Notes under the pieces: model-generated
What the model saw: the letters and a program-made list of their open reading frames with translations, nothing else
Told to the model about the DNA's origin: nothing
Databases searched by the model: none
Assembly (NCBI GenBank): GCA_044371405.1
Contig: JBILTS010000001.1
Coordinates: 1-48,952 of the forward strand
Origin: Bacteroidia bacterium
Lineage (GTDB): Bacteria > Bacteroidota > Bacteroidia > NS11-12g > UBA955
DNA: 48,952 nt
Reading direction: 5' to 3'
Made by a program: the position numbers and the translations under genes
Shown here: positions 6,520 through 15,588 of the stretch, in pieces
How the letters are laid out: the number at the start of each line of letters is the position of its first letter
Numbering within the stretch: position 1 is the stretch's first letter

Positions 6520-8530
6520 ATTCGGCTTGCAGGCTGGTTTTAACTTTAAGTTTGTAGGTATTGTAAATCTTTTGCTGGCTGCCATTGCCGGTTACACGGG
6601 CCTTGATAGCCACAGCATGGGCCTTGCGTAGGGCTTCTATCCGTTCTTTGGGAACAGTTGCCCGCAACACGGTTCTGGAAGCTGCAAGCGGCTCACCGCT
6701 GGCGGTGGTTTTGCCGGCCATCACCCTGCCGGGGGTCATACTCACGTCACCCAGTGCATTTCCGGATTGATCCAGCAGTATGAAGGCCATATCTACATCA
6801 AACGGATAATCATTTTCCACGTCAAAAATAACCGTAGCACTTTTCACTCGCTGCACCTGGGGAACACTGGCAGCTTCTATGCCCTGGGTATCACGCAGGT
6901 TCAGTCCGCCAATGGTGAAACTCACCGGGGCTTCCAACCTGAGATAGATATCCGCACTGGAATTGTCGAACACAAAGTCTTTCCAGTTGCTCATATTGCC
7001 ATTGGGATTGGTTTCTATATCAATGTCATAATTAATGAACTGAGGCAGATTTTCTACAAACGCCTTAATATTGGAATTACTTCCGTCCAACACCACCTGT
7101 TTATCGGTGGTTTGTCCGTACACAAAGGGTGCAGGCCCAATAAATATATCATTGTTTAGTGGTGTGGCATTTAATTTTAATTTATTTCCGCTAAAGATGT
7201 TTTCGCCTTCCAGTGATTTAACCTTCACCCTGCCTTCGGCACCTATGCTGTTTTTCACCAGCACAGAAGCTTTAAAATCTTTGAAAAGGATGTTACCATC
7301 GGCACCCTTAAACAACGTAAAAGGTGCCTTGCCCACCGAATTATTTAAGGTCTTACCCATATAGCCCGTGGCATACTCAGGCAGCAGATCGGTGAGGGCG
7401 TAATAAATGCGCAGACTGTCATTGAGTGTTACCTGTACCTTGCGGCCGCTGCTATCCAGCGATACCACCATAATCTGATGAAAGGTATTCACCGTATCTT
7501 TTACCGAAGGGTTTTTGCCGCGGTAGTCGAGCATATAACCACTCATATCCACGGTTTCTTCTTTCCGCTCTGTGGTGCCTGCCTTTGCACCGGGCATTTT
7601 TACAACACGCTCCAGCGGCACACCGTTCAGACTTGCCGAAGGAATTTTCAGCACCATGGTCATGTTTTCCTGAATGGTAGATTCCACTTTAAGCTTCAGC
7701 CACCCCTGTTTAACCTTAAAGAATTTCACCTGCGGGCCACCCATATCCAGCACCAGGGCTTCATCCTGCTCTATCACATTCTGGTTGGGGAACGCCGCAA
7801 TAGCATCCCTTGGCCGAAGATTGCGCACAGTAAGGGTTACTTCAACTCCCTTGGTAGCGTTGATCAACACCGGACCATTGCTGGCTTCGGTGATGAGGCG
7901 ACGAATGACGCCTTTCAGCCCCTTGTTTACGGTCTTGTTTCTCAAGCTGATGCTCTTTGTGGCACTGCTGCCCTGATCAATATTGAGGAACGAGTCCTTG
8001 GCCACAACGGATCCGTCTGATGCGTTTTGCAATTCAAATACCAGCAGGGTTACCTTCACAGGAAGCTCATTGTTGATGGAAATATCCAAAAAACCGGAAT
8101 CCAGCGTGGCGGTTTCAAAAAATGCCGAAGCATCAATATCCACAGGGCTCAAATCGGACTGGTTCTGTGCAGGAACGGCAATGGTTTGTCCGTCTAGCAG
8201 GCGAAAGGTGGGGTTAATCTGAGCGAGGGTAATGCGCTGCACAATGCTGCGGTCGCTGAGTTTGAGACGACGTAAGGTAAAGGCCGTATTCAAACTGGTA
8301 TCAGGGGCGGTAACTCGAAGACTGCGGGCATTGTAAACCAGATTGTCATACACCAGTGTGTACCCACTATCGGAAGGATTATTTACCAGAAATCGTTTAT
8401 CTACGTTATTCAGCGTCATTTCAGTGCTGAATAACGGAACGGCAACGTTATTGTCCCAGCTGGCGGCTTTGCGGCTGCAGGAAGTGATAACAAGGGCTGT
8501 GAGTCCTATTGTGAAAGCAAAATTTCGCAC
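6503..8530 (-). CDS. Large hypothetical lipoprotein
   Basis: GTG start with lipoprotein signal MRNFAFTIGLTALVITSC. 675 aa, no recognised domain. A TACCTTCG box lies 7 nt upstream. Confidence 0.65.
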   Translation of the reverse strand: MRNFAFTIGLTALVITSCSRKAASWDNNVAVPLFSTEMTLNNVDKRFLVNNPSDSGYTLVYDNLVYNARSLRVTAPDTSLNTAFTLRRLKLSDRSIVQRITLAQINPTFRLLDGQTIAVPAQNQSDLSPVDIDASAFFETATLDSGFLDISINNELPVKVTLLVFELQNASDGSVVAKDSFLNIDQGSSATKSISLRNKTVNKGLKGVIRRLITEASNGPVLINATKGVEVTLTVRNLRPRDAIAAFPNQNVIEQDEALVLDMGGPQVKFFKVKQGWLKLKVESTIQENMTMVLKIPSASLNGVPLERVVKMPGAKAGTTERKEETVDMSGYMLDYRGKNPSVKDTVNTFHQIMVVSLDSSGRKVQVTLNDSLRIYYALTDLLPEYATGYMGKTLNNSVGKAPFTLFKGADGNILFKDFKASVLVKNSIGAEGRVKVKSLEGENIFSGNKLKLNATPLNNDIFIGPAPFVYGQTTDKQVVLDGSNSNIKAFVENLPQFINYDIDIETNPNGNMSNWKDFVFDNSSADIYLRLEAPVSFTIGGLNLRDTQGIEAASVPQVQRVKSATVIFDVENDYPFDVDMAFILLDQSGNALGDVSMTPGRVMAGKTTASGEPLAASRTVLRATVPKERIEALRKAHAVAIKARVTGNGSQQKIYNTYKLKVKTSLQAEYEAQF

Positions 8531-8569
8531 GATATTGCGAAGGTAGGGTTTTGCGATAAAATCCGAATA

Positions 8570-9019
8570 TTATCGCTTTAGGTATTGCACAATGTTGACA
8601 TCAAAAAGCATGAGTGTTCCAAATATCAGTGTTCCCCAAAAAGCGATGCTGATGCTTTGCCAAAAAACAATTTTATGTTTCTGGTGAATGAAGGTAGTGC
8701 AAAGGAGTGTACCAACCGGAATGCTAAGGATTAATGGCGTTAGCAATGCAATCAGGGGTAATCCACCATGCAGACGCAGCCACACCAATCGTCTTTTGGT
8801 TTTGCTGAATCGCTTTCCGGGCTTGATATACTTTTTCAGGTAACCCTCCAGCCAAAATTCGCTGTAGGTAAACAGCACCACCCCCACAAATGCCCCCGCT
8901 GAGGTAAATATCCATCCATAGAGGGGATCGTGAAAACCGGCCATGGCCACCCCAACCCCTATCAAATACTTCACGGTAGACCATAGAAAACTGAGCACAG
9001 CAGCGGTTCCAAACGACAT
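8570..9019 (-). CDS. Small integral membrane protein (about 4 TM)
   Basis: The ATG at 9019 is preceded by TACATTTG. The longer ORF (to 9343) overlaps the divergent gene and reads as low-complexity, non-membrane sequence. Confidence 0.6.
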   Translation of the reverse strand: MSFGTAAVLSFLWSTVKYLIGVGVAMAGFHDPLYGWIFTSAGAFVGVVLFTYSEFWLEGYLKKYIKPGKRFSKTKRRLVWLRLHGGLPLIALLTPLILSIPVGTLLCTTFIHQKHKIVFWQSISIAFWGTLIFGTLMLFDVNIVQYLKR

Positions 9020-9024
9020 AATCG

Positions 9025-9032
9025 CAAATGTA
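9025..9032 (-). promoter_or_regulatory. -7 box TACATTTG
   Basis: Perfect TAnnTTTG on the minus strand, 5 nt upstream of the ATG at 9019. Confidence 0.4.
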
Positions 9033-9122
9033 TGGCTAACCGCAGGGCTTTCTGCTGACCTTTTGGGGAATTCGTCGGGCAAAACCGCAATAAAGCCGAA
9101 AAAATCCTGCAATTTTGCATCT

Positions 9123-11057
9123 ATGTTGCGTTTGGCGGTTTTGTGCCTGCTGTTGCTGCCGGGTATGGTGCTCCGGGCACAGATTCTTGCCGGTATGGGC
9201 CGCATGAACCCGGAATCAAGGCCGGGCGGCACTGACACCATGCGCAAAATTTCGGGGGTACGCAGCGATCCCGGTTCCGCCCGCTTCACAGACCTCAGCG
9301 CAGGCCGCGATTCTTTCGCACGCTGGGACAGCACCCTGCCCATGACACAGCGCTACGATATCGCCCGTGCCACCGGTATGCCATTTGTGGACCTGGGGCA
9401 TTACGCCTCGCCTCAGAAAAACCTGCTGCTTGATCCCTTTGTGCAAACAGGTTTGCAATCGGGTTTCAATCCTTATGCATTTCAAAATGTAAACCCCGAA
9501 ACATTTACATTCTACAGGGCGAAAGTTCCCTTAACCCGCTTTAATTATCAGCAAGGCGGTAACGGCTTCATTGCCCTGCAGGCAATGCATACCCAAAATA
9601 TTCGTAAAAACTGGAACGTCACCGTGGATTACCGCAGTGTAAACAACAAGGAATATTACATCAACAGTAAACAGGATCATCTGCACAGGGGGACATCGCT
9701 GGGCAGCTATTACACCTCCAAAAACGGGAAATTAAAACAGTTTACCATCCTCGCCTGGAACAGGGCAAGACGGCTGGAAAATGGAGGTATGGAAAACGAT
9801 TCGCTGCTTTACTTTGATAATACCATTGATAAGCAGTCTCCCTTTAGCATCAATACCCGCGGGGTTTACAGGACAAGGCTCAGCGCCGCACAATCGGTAT
9901 ATGCAAACCGGCATCATCTGTCTGAAACACAGTACAGCATGGGCAAGGGCAAACCTTACCTCTTTCACCGTGCCGACTGGTCCCGGAGCAATTACCGCTA
10001 CCTCGATCCCCGCCGTGATACCGGTTTTTATGGTGCGCAATACTTCCGCAGCAAAGACAGTCTCAATGACAGCAGCGCATGGAACGGCCTGAGTAACCGG
10101 CTTGGGCTGGGTCATCAATTCAAAACGGATAAGATACAAATGGGATTGCGGGCCTGGTACAGTTATGAATGGATGAGCTATGGTGCAAAGTACTTTTTGT
10201 CGGGCAAAGACGAAAATGTATCGCAGGGACTGCATACCAATGCCTTTGGGCAAGGCAATGGCTGGTTGTGGCAGGCAGAAGCCAGCACATACATAAACGG
10301 CTATAACAAAGGCGATTACAACCTGATGGTAAACGGCCAATGGAATCCGCTGAAGAGATTCACCGTCTCCGGACGTTATCAGGCACAAAAGGCCACCCCG
10401 GGCTTGTTTCAGCAGCGATTTTTCAGCAATCAGTTTCGCATCAGTAACAACTGGCCGGCAGTGAAGAGCACCGCCGCCGAACTGGGCATTGCCTACCACG
10501 GAAAACGCACCCGCCTGGAGCTTGCATATATAACCGGCAAAACCGAAGGACTCATTTATAACAGTGGCGATGCGGTTTTCAGACGGGCATCTGAAATTAC
10601 CTATAGCCAGATACGCGGACACATCCACTTGCAGGCGGGCAAACTGCACACCGACCATATTTTCTACCTACAAAACATATCGGATAAATCGGTTTGGTCA
10701 GCGCCAGGGCTCAGCACCCTGAGCAGTCTGTATTTGCAAGGTTATATGTTCAAAAAAGCCCTGCATGCCCGTTTTGGGGTAGATGTGGCCTGGCAAACCG
10801 AATACACCGCCTGGGCATACAGACCTGATATGGCTACTTTCTACATAAGCAATACGGGCAGGCCCGGTGGCAACTATCCATTGGCAGACATATTCCTAAG
10901 CGGTGAAATAAAAACGGTAATCGTAACTTTCAAAATGGCGCACATCAACAATTACCTGGTGAATTACGGCGTTTCCAACGCGTTTATGTCAGCGCAGGGT
11001 TATGCAATAGAACCGCAGCGCTTTGTGCTGGGGCTGGTGTGGCGGTTTCATTATTAA
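9123..11057 (+). CDS. Outer-membrane beta-barrel protein (putative porin-like)
   Basis: The ATG at 9123 gives the signal peptide MLRLAVLCLLLLPGMVLRAQ. 644 aa, rich in Tyr/Gly/Asn beta-strand pattern, with a C-terminal aromatic end WRFHY. CAATTTTG lies 5 nt upstream. Confidence 0.6.
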   Translation: MLRLAVLCLLLLPGMVLRAQILAGMGRMNPESRPGGTDTMRKISGVRSDPGSARFTDLSAGRDSFARWDSTLPMTQRYDIARATGMPFVDLGHYASPQKNLLLDPFVQTGLQSGFNPYAFQNVNPETFTFYRAKVPLTRFNYQQGGNGFIALQAMHTQNIRKNWNVTVDYRSVNNKEYYINSKQDHLHRGTSLGSYYTSKNGKLKQFTILAWNRARRLENGGMENDSLLYFDNTIDKQSPFSINTRGVYRTRLSAAQSVYANRHHLSETQYSMGKGKPYLFHRADWSRSNYRYLDPRRDTGFYGAQYFRSKDSLNDSSAWNGLSNRLGLGHQFKTDKIQMGLRAWYSYEWMSYGAKYFLSGKDENVSQGLHTNAFGQGNGWLWQAEASTYINGYNKGDYNLMVNGQWNPLKRFTVSGRYQAQKATPGLFQQRFFSNQFRISNNWPAVKSTAAELGIAYHGKRTRLELAYITGKTEGLIYNSGDAVFRRASEITYSQIRGHIHLQAGKLHTDHIFYLQNISDKSVWSAPGLSTLSSLYLQGYMFKKALHARFGVDVAWQTEYTAWAYRPDMATFYISNTGRPGGNYPLADIFLSGEIKTVIVTFKMAHINNYLVNYGVSNAFMSAQGYAIEPQRFVLGLVWRFHY

Positions 11058-11064
11058 CCACTGG

Positions 11065-11463
11065 TTATAACTGCTCACTAAAATCAGGGAATTCCCTTTT
11101 GGTATTGGATGAAACTTCATGCTCGCGGCCCTTATTATTTAGTTCTTTTAAGCTTAAAGCATCACCGCTGTGGGTGGTTTCCAACCATACAGAACCACTT
11201 TTGCGAAAAACCTGTACGTATAGATCTGCCTCTGTTTCAAACCATTTTTCCAGCTCTGCGGCGGTTAACGCTGCATCGATGAAAAAGGTGCATTGTTTAG
11301 CATGGCAGGAAGCATCTACGTCTTCTATCATTTCCGATTTGGCACTGCCCGCCCCAGTTTGATGGGGTTTTTCAAAAAATCGAAGCGTGAGATAAGGAAA
11401 TTGTTCGTGAAAAAATACATTGATTTCGCGGTAAGTCGTGTGTTTGTTGATTTGCAGTTTCAT
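11065..11463 (-). CDS. Hypothetical protein
   Basis: About 132 aa from the ATG at 11463 (the ORF track begins 9 nt upstream at a GTG). No recognised domain. Confidence 0.45.
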   Translation of the reverse strand: MKLQINKHTTYREINVFFHEQFPYLTLRFFEKPHQTGAGSAKSEMIEDVDASCHAKQCTFFIDAALTAAELEKWFETEADLYVQVFRKSGSVWLETTHSGDALSLKELNNKGREHEVSSNTKREFPDFSEQL

Positions 11464-11542
11464 AACAAACACGAATCTAGGAAGGCCTTGGCTTGTGCTT
11501 TATGACCGGCATCATGCAGCAGCCATGAAGATAGCAGGGCTA

Positions 11543-12556
11543 TCAATCCAGCGGCTGCTTTTTCAGCGCCAGAATACTGAAATCGGAGTTTTCCCTGCGG
11601 ATGGTGTTGTGCAGGGTTCCCAGCCCGTCAATATTCATTACCACTTCATCGCCGTCCTGCAGCCACTGCTCTTTGTAGTTGGCATCATTTAATTTTCCGG
11701 TTCCGTTCAGTTCCAGGAAGCATCCGGTTCCTACAGTGCCGCTGCCAATCACATCGCCGGGGTGGATATCCACGCCATAGGCGCAGCGCTCTATGATTTC
11801 GGCAAAGGTCCAGTCCATATCGCCCATGTTGCCTTCACTCACCTGAACCCCATTGACAGTGCAGGTCATGCGCAGGTTGTAGTTGGCGCCGGTATGTCCG
11901 GGTTTGGCCGGAATACGAAAGGGTTCCAACTCGTCGGGTGTCACCAGCCAAGGACCAATTACAGTGCTGAAATCCTTTCCCTTGGCAGGTCCCAGGTTGA
12001 GGAGCATTTCTTCCATTTGCAGGCGGCGTGCGCTCATGTCGTTCATAATCATGTAGCCGGCTATGTAATCGTCTGCATCGGCGGCTTTGATGTTGCGGCC
12101 TTTTTTGCCAATCACCACAGCAGCTTCCAGTTCAAAGTCCAGTTTTTCGAAATGATCGGGCATGCAGAAAATATCGCCGGGGCCCTGAATGGCCTGGTGG
12201 TTGGTGAAATAGAAAATCGGATACATGTCAAACTCCGGAATCATGGGCACCCCGCGGTTGCGGCGCGCTGCCGCCACGTGCTGACGAAATGCATATCCAT
12301 CTCTGCAGCTGCTGGGATTGGGAACGGGCGCCATTATAGCTGAAGGATTGTAGGCAACACCCACCGTTGCATGTTTGCCCTCGGCTATTTCCTGTTCAAT
12401 GCTGCGGGCTGCGGCACTATTGGTTTCCCAGTCTTTAAGGAATGATGCCATGTCTTTGGGCAATGCCTGATTGATAGCGTTCAGTGAATAGATGGAATTG
12501 GCTGTATAAATTCCTACGGATGTTTCGCCGTTCTGTGCAAAGGTTACCAGTTTCAT
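11543..12556 (-). CDS. Fumarylacetoacetate hydrolase (FAH) family protein
   Basis: The C-terminal half has FAH-family character (FELEAAVVIGKKGRNI, GDVIGSGTVGTG). The ATG at 12556 (MKLVTFAQNGE) is preceded by TATTTTTG. Confidence 0.75.
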   Translation of the reverse strand: MKLVTFAQNGETSVGIYTANSIYSLNAINQALPKDMASFLKDWETNSAAARSIEQEIAEGKHATVGVAYNPSAIMAPVPNPSSCRDGYAFRQHVAAARRNRGVPMIPEFDMYPIFYFTNHQAIQGPGDIFCMPDHFEKLDFELEAAVVIGKKGRNIKAADADDYIAGYMIMNDMSARRLQMEEMLLNLGPAKGKDFSTVIGPWLVTPDELEPFRIPAKPGHTGANYNLRMTCTVNGVQVSEGNMGDMDWTFAEIIERCAYGVDIHPGDVIGSGTVGTGCFLELNGTGKLNDANYKEQWLQDGDEVVMNIDGLGTLHNTIRRENSDFSILALKKQPLD

Positions 12557-12560
12557 GGTG

Positions 12561-12568
12561 CAAAAATA
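12561..12568 (-). promoter_or_regulatory. -7 box TATTTTTG
   Basis: Perfect TAnnTTTG 4 nt upstream of the ATG at 12556. Confidence 0.4.
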
Positions 12569-12630
12569 CGGAATGATTGAAGCATACTGCATGCTTAAAA
12601 AAAGCAAATCTCTTGTTACTTTGCAGTACA

Positions 12631-13536
12631 ATGGTCATCATCACCGGATCCAACGGCCTGCTGGGCCAAAAACTCACCGATTTATATCTGAAACACCCCG
12701 AAACGGCTTTTGTGGCAACGGGTAAAGGCCCCAACCGACACCCCGTAAAAAACGGCTATGTTTATGAGGAAGCCGATATCACCGACCATGCCGCCATGCG
12801 GGCATTGCTTGAAAAATACAAGCCCGCCGCTGTTATTAATACTGCCGCCATGACAAACGTAGATGCTTGTGAGTCAGACAAAACTGGCTGCAATGCCATG
12901 AACATCGATGCAGTGGAAAATCTGGCCCGTTTGTCTGCGGAACTGGGCTTTCGGCTCATCCACCTCAGCACCGATTTTATTTTTGACGGCACGCACCCCA
13001 TGTATACCGAAGAAGAAACACCCAACCCGCTCAGTTACTACGGCCGCAGCAAATGGGAAGGGGAAAAGAGGGTGATGCAGTATGCAAAAAACTGGTCCAT
13101 TTTGCGAACCGTACTGGTGTATGGTGTAGTACAGGACATGAGCCGCAGCAACATTGTTTTGTGGGCGTACAACACATTGAAAAACGGCACACCGGCCAAA
13201 GTGGTAAACGACCAATACCGAACACCCACGCTCGCAGAAGATTTGGCCATGGGATGCTTTCTGGCCGAACAAAAACAGGTACAGGGCATATATCATATCG
13301 CCGGTCCGGATTATTTCGGCATTCACGAGCTGATGGAGCGTGTGGCCCAATATTTCGGCTTTCAGCTGGATAATATTTCGCTAGTAAACAGTGAAACCCT
13401 GAACCAACCCGCCAAAAGACCACCTATTACAGGATTAGACATCAGTAAAGCACAAAAGGATCTGGGCTATGCCCCACGCAGCTTTAATGAAGGTTTATCT
13501 ATTGTGGCCAAACAAGCTGGCTGGGAAGCCTGCTGA
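12631..13536 (+). CDS. rmlD: dTDP-4-dehydrorhamnose reductase-like SDR (RmlD family)
   Basis: N-terminal Rossmann motif MVIITGSNGLLGQ, YGRSK catalytic Tyr/Lys and YRTPTLAEDLA, as in RmlD. Start chosen at the ATG at 12631. Confidence 0.7.
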   Translation: MVIITGSNGLLGQKLTDLYLKHPETAFVATGKGPNRHPVKNGYVYEEADITDHAAMRALLEKYKPAAVINTAAMTNVDACESDKTGCNAMNIDAVENLARLSAELGFRLIHLSTDFIFDGTHPMYTEEETPNPLSYYGRSKWEGEKRVMQYAKNWSILRTVLVYGVVQDMSRSNIVLWAYNTLKNGTPAKVVNDQYRTPTLAEDLAMGCFLAEQKQVQGIYHIAGPDYFGIHELMERVAQYFGFQLDNISLVNSETLNQPAKRPPITGLDISKAQKDLGYAPRSFNEGLSIVAKQAGWEAC

Positions 13537-13604
13537 TCTTCGTCACAATAATTAAAACTTGTAATTTATCTTATTGAAGGGCAATTTGGGCGTACTTTGC
13601 ACCC

Positions 13605-14585
13605 ATGTCGACTTTGGATGTTCGAATGGAAGTGATGCAGTCTCTGGAAAAAGAGGTGGTCGGATATACAGAAAAATACCTGATCCCTGTTGAGCAAATA
13701 TGGCAACCTGCTGATTTTCTCCCCGATTCCCGAGAAGAGCATTTTATGGCCAAGGTAAAAGAATTAAAAGAGGCCGCCAAGGAGCTTGATTACGATTTCT
13801 GGATTGTGCTCATTGGCGATATGATTACCGAAGAAGCCCTGCCCACCTACGAAAGCTGGCTGATGAATGTTCAGGGGGTGGATCAGGAACACGGCAACGC
13901 ATGGAGTAACTGGGTGAGACAATGGAGTGCCGAAGAAAACCGCCACGGTGATTTATTAAACAAATATTTGTACTTGAGCGGACGGGTAAACATGCGGGAA
14001 GTGGAAATAAGTACGCAGTACCTGATTCTGGACGGTTTCGACCTTGGGCTTGACAGAGATCCCTACCGAAATTTTGTATACACAAGCTTTCAAGAGCTGG
14101 CCACGCACATTTCTCATAAAAGGGTGGGCGAACTGGCACGTGAAAAAGGCAATCACCATTTGGAGAAGCTATGCAGAACAATTGCCGGTGATGAAATGCG
14201 ACACCACCTGGCCTATCGTGAATTTGTCAAAAAAATTATGGAAGTGGATGCCTCAGAAGTCCTTACCGTATTTGGCGATATGATGAAAAGGAAGATAGCC
14301 ATGCCGGCCAACCTGCTCAGACAGTCGGGCCAGGCCGTAGGTGAATCATTTCAGGCATTTGCAGATGCTGCCCAACGACTTGGAGTTTACACAGCAGATG
14401 ATTATATACAAATATTGAAAACACTGCTTGCACACTGGCAAATTGAAACAATATGTGGCCTGAATGAAAACGCTGAAAAAGCACGCGATTACCTGATGGC
14501 ACTGCCGGCCAGACTGGAACGGTTGGCTGAAAGAATGAAAGTCCCCACAGAGCCGGTTCGTTTTAAATGGGTTGATCCATTGTGA
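13605..14585 (+). CDS. Soluble acyl-ACP desaturase (di-iron, stearoyl-ACP desaturase family)
   Basis: Two di-iron motifs, EENRHGDLL and DEMRHHLAY, with family-typical spacing and surrounding sequence (WSAEENRHGDLLNKYLYLSGRV). Confidence 0.85.
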   Translation: MSTLDVRMEVMQSLEKEVVGYTEKYLIPVEQIWQPADFLPDSREEHFMAKVKELKEAAKELDYDFWIVLIGDMITEEALPTYESWLMNVQGVDQEHGNAWSNWVRQWSAEENRHGDLLNKYLYLSGRVNMREVEISTQYLILDGFDLGLDRDPYRNFVYTSFQELATHISHKRVGELAREKGNHHLEKLCRTIAGDEMRHHLAYREFVKKIMEVDASEVLTVFGDMMKRKIAMPANLLRQSGQAVGESFQAFADAAQRLGVYTADDYIQILKTLLAHWQIETICGLNENAEKARDYLMALPARLERLAERMKVPTEPVRFKWVDPL

Positions 14586-14709
14586 TTTAATCCGTTTATA
14601 AAGCCCTCCTCTGCCCGACCAACGTATCGAATGAGCGGATTAATGATTGCTCTGTCCAATAATTGTTACAGTTCATGGACAAAACCGATAGCAACCGCAA
14701 CAGCCACGG

Positions 14710-14717
14710 TATATTTG
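14710..14717 (+). promoter_or_regulatory. -7 box TATATTTG for rmlA
   Basis: Perfect TAnnTTTG 10 nt upstream of the ATG at 14728. Confidence 0.4.
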
Positions 14718-14727
14718 CCATCGTTTC

Positions 14728-15588
14728 ATGAAAGGCATCATTCTGGCCGGAGGTTCCGGCACACGATTACACCCGCTTACTCTGGCAATGAGCAAACAGC
14801 TTATGCCGGTATACGACAAACCCATGGTGTACTACCCGCTTTCAACCCTTTTGATGGCCGGTATAAGAGAAGTGCTCATCATTTCTACCCCCCACGATTT
14901 ACCGCTGTTTGAAAAACTCCTCGGTGACGGATCACAGCTGGGCTGCAGATTTGAGTATTGTGTTCAGCCAAAACCGGAGGGCCTGGCACAGGCATTTATT
15001 TTGGGTGAAAAATTCATTGGCAATGACAGTGTTTGCCTTATTCTGGGCGATAATATCTTTTTTGGCTCAGACTTAATGGAAACCCTGCAGCAATGCAGAA
15101 ATCCACAGGGGGGCATCGTGTTTGCCTACCACGTAAGCGACCCGGAAAGATACGGTGTGGTGGAATTCGACTCCCACATGAACGCGCTTTCCATTGAGGA
15201 AAAACCCACATCCCCCAAAAGCAATTTTGCCGTACCCGGACTTTATTTCTACGACAATGAAGTGGTGGAAATAAGTAAAAACCTAAAGCCATCACCCCGC
15301 GGAGAACTTGAAATTACCGATGTAAACAGAACATATCTTGCCAATGGCCGTCTTAAAGTACAAGTGCTCAGCCGCGGAACCGCATGGCTGGATACTGGCA
15401 CTTTTGCCTCGCTGATGCAGGCAGGCCAGTTCGTGCAGGTTATTGAGGAACGGCAAGGACTAAAAATAGGATGTATTGAAGAACTCGCATGGCGAAATGG
15501 CTTTATCGACAATCATCAGTTGGAAAAAATCGCAACTCCTCTGCAGAAAAGCGGTTATGGCAATTACTTAATCAATTTATTAAAGTGA
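14728..15588 (+). CDS. rmlA: Glucose-1-phosphate thymidylyltransferase
   Basis: [18 protein letters not shown] and full-length similarity to RmlA/RfbA; 286 aa. Confidence 0.95.
   Translation: MKGIILAGGSGTRLHPLTLAMSKQLMPVYDKPMVYYPLSTLLMAGIREVLIISTPHDLPLFEKLLGDGSQLGCRFEYCVQPKPEGLAQAFILGEKFIGNDSVCLILGDNIFFGSDLMETLQQCRNPQGGIVFAYHVSDPERYGVVEFDSHMNALSIEEKPTSPKSNFAVPGLYFYDNEVVEISKNLKPSPRGELEITDVNRTYLANGRLKVQVLSRGTAWLDTGTFASLMQAGQFVQVIEERQGLKIGCIEELAWRNGFIDNHQLEKIATPLQKSGYGNYLINLLK

Noticed and set aside
8943-9122. Upstream extensions of the track ORFs at 8943 (plus) and 9343 (minus), which would overlap each other by 400 nt.
   Set aside because: The internal starts at 9123 and 9019 give a signal peptide and a TM segment respectively, and each is preceded by a -7 box. 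The extensions are mutually antisense and featureless.
9732-10658. 308-aa ORF antisense to the porin-like gene. Similar long antisense ORFs lie at 11762-12343, 12874-13350, 7478-8020, 34978-35505 and 4570-4941.
   Set aside because: These are shadow ORFs inside well-supported genes on the other strand. Their translations are low-complexity, Arg/Ala/Gly/Cys/His-rich, and show no motifs, signal peptides or promoter boxes.
15489-15584. Track start of the Wza-like ORF, lying inside rmlA.
   Set aside because: The extension overlaps the rmlA 3' end by 100 nt and precedes the signal peptide. The GTG at 15585 or the ATG at 15615 is more plausible.
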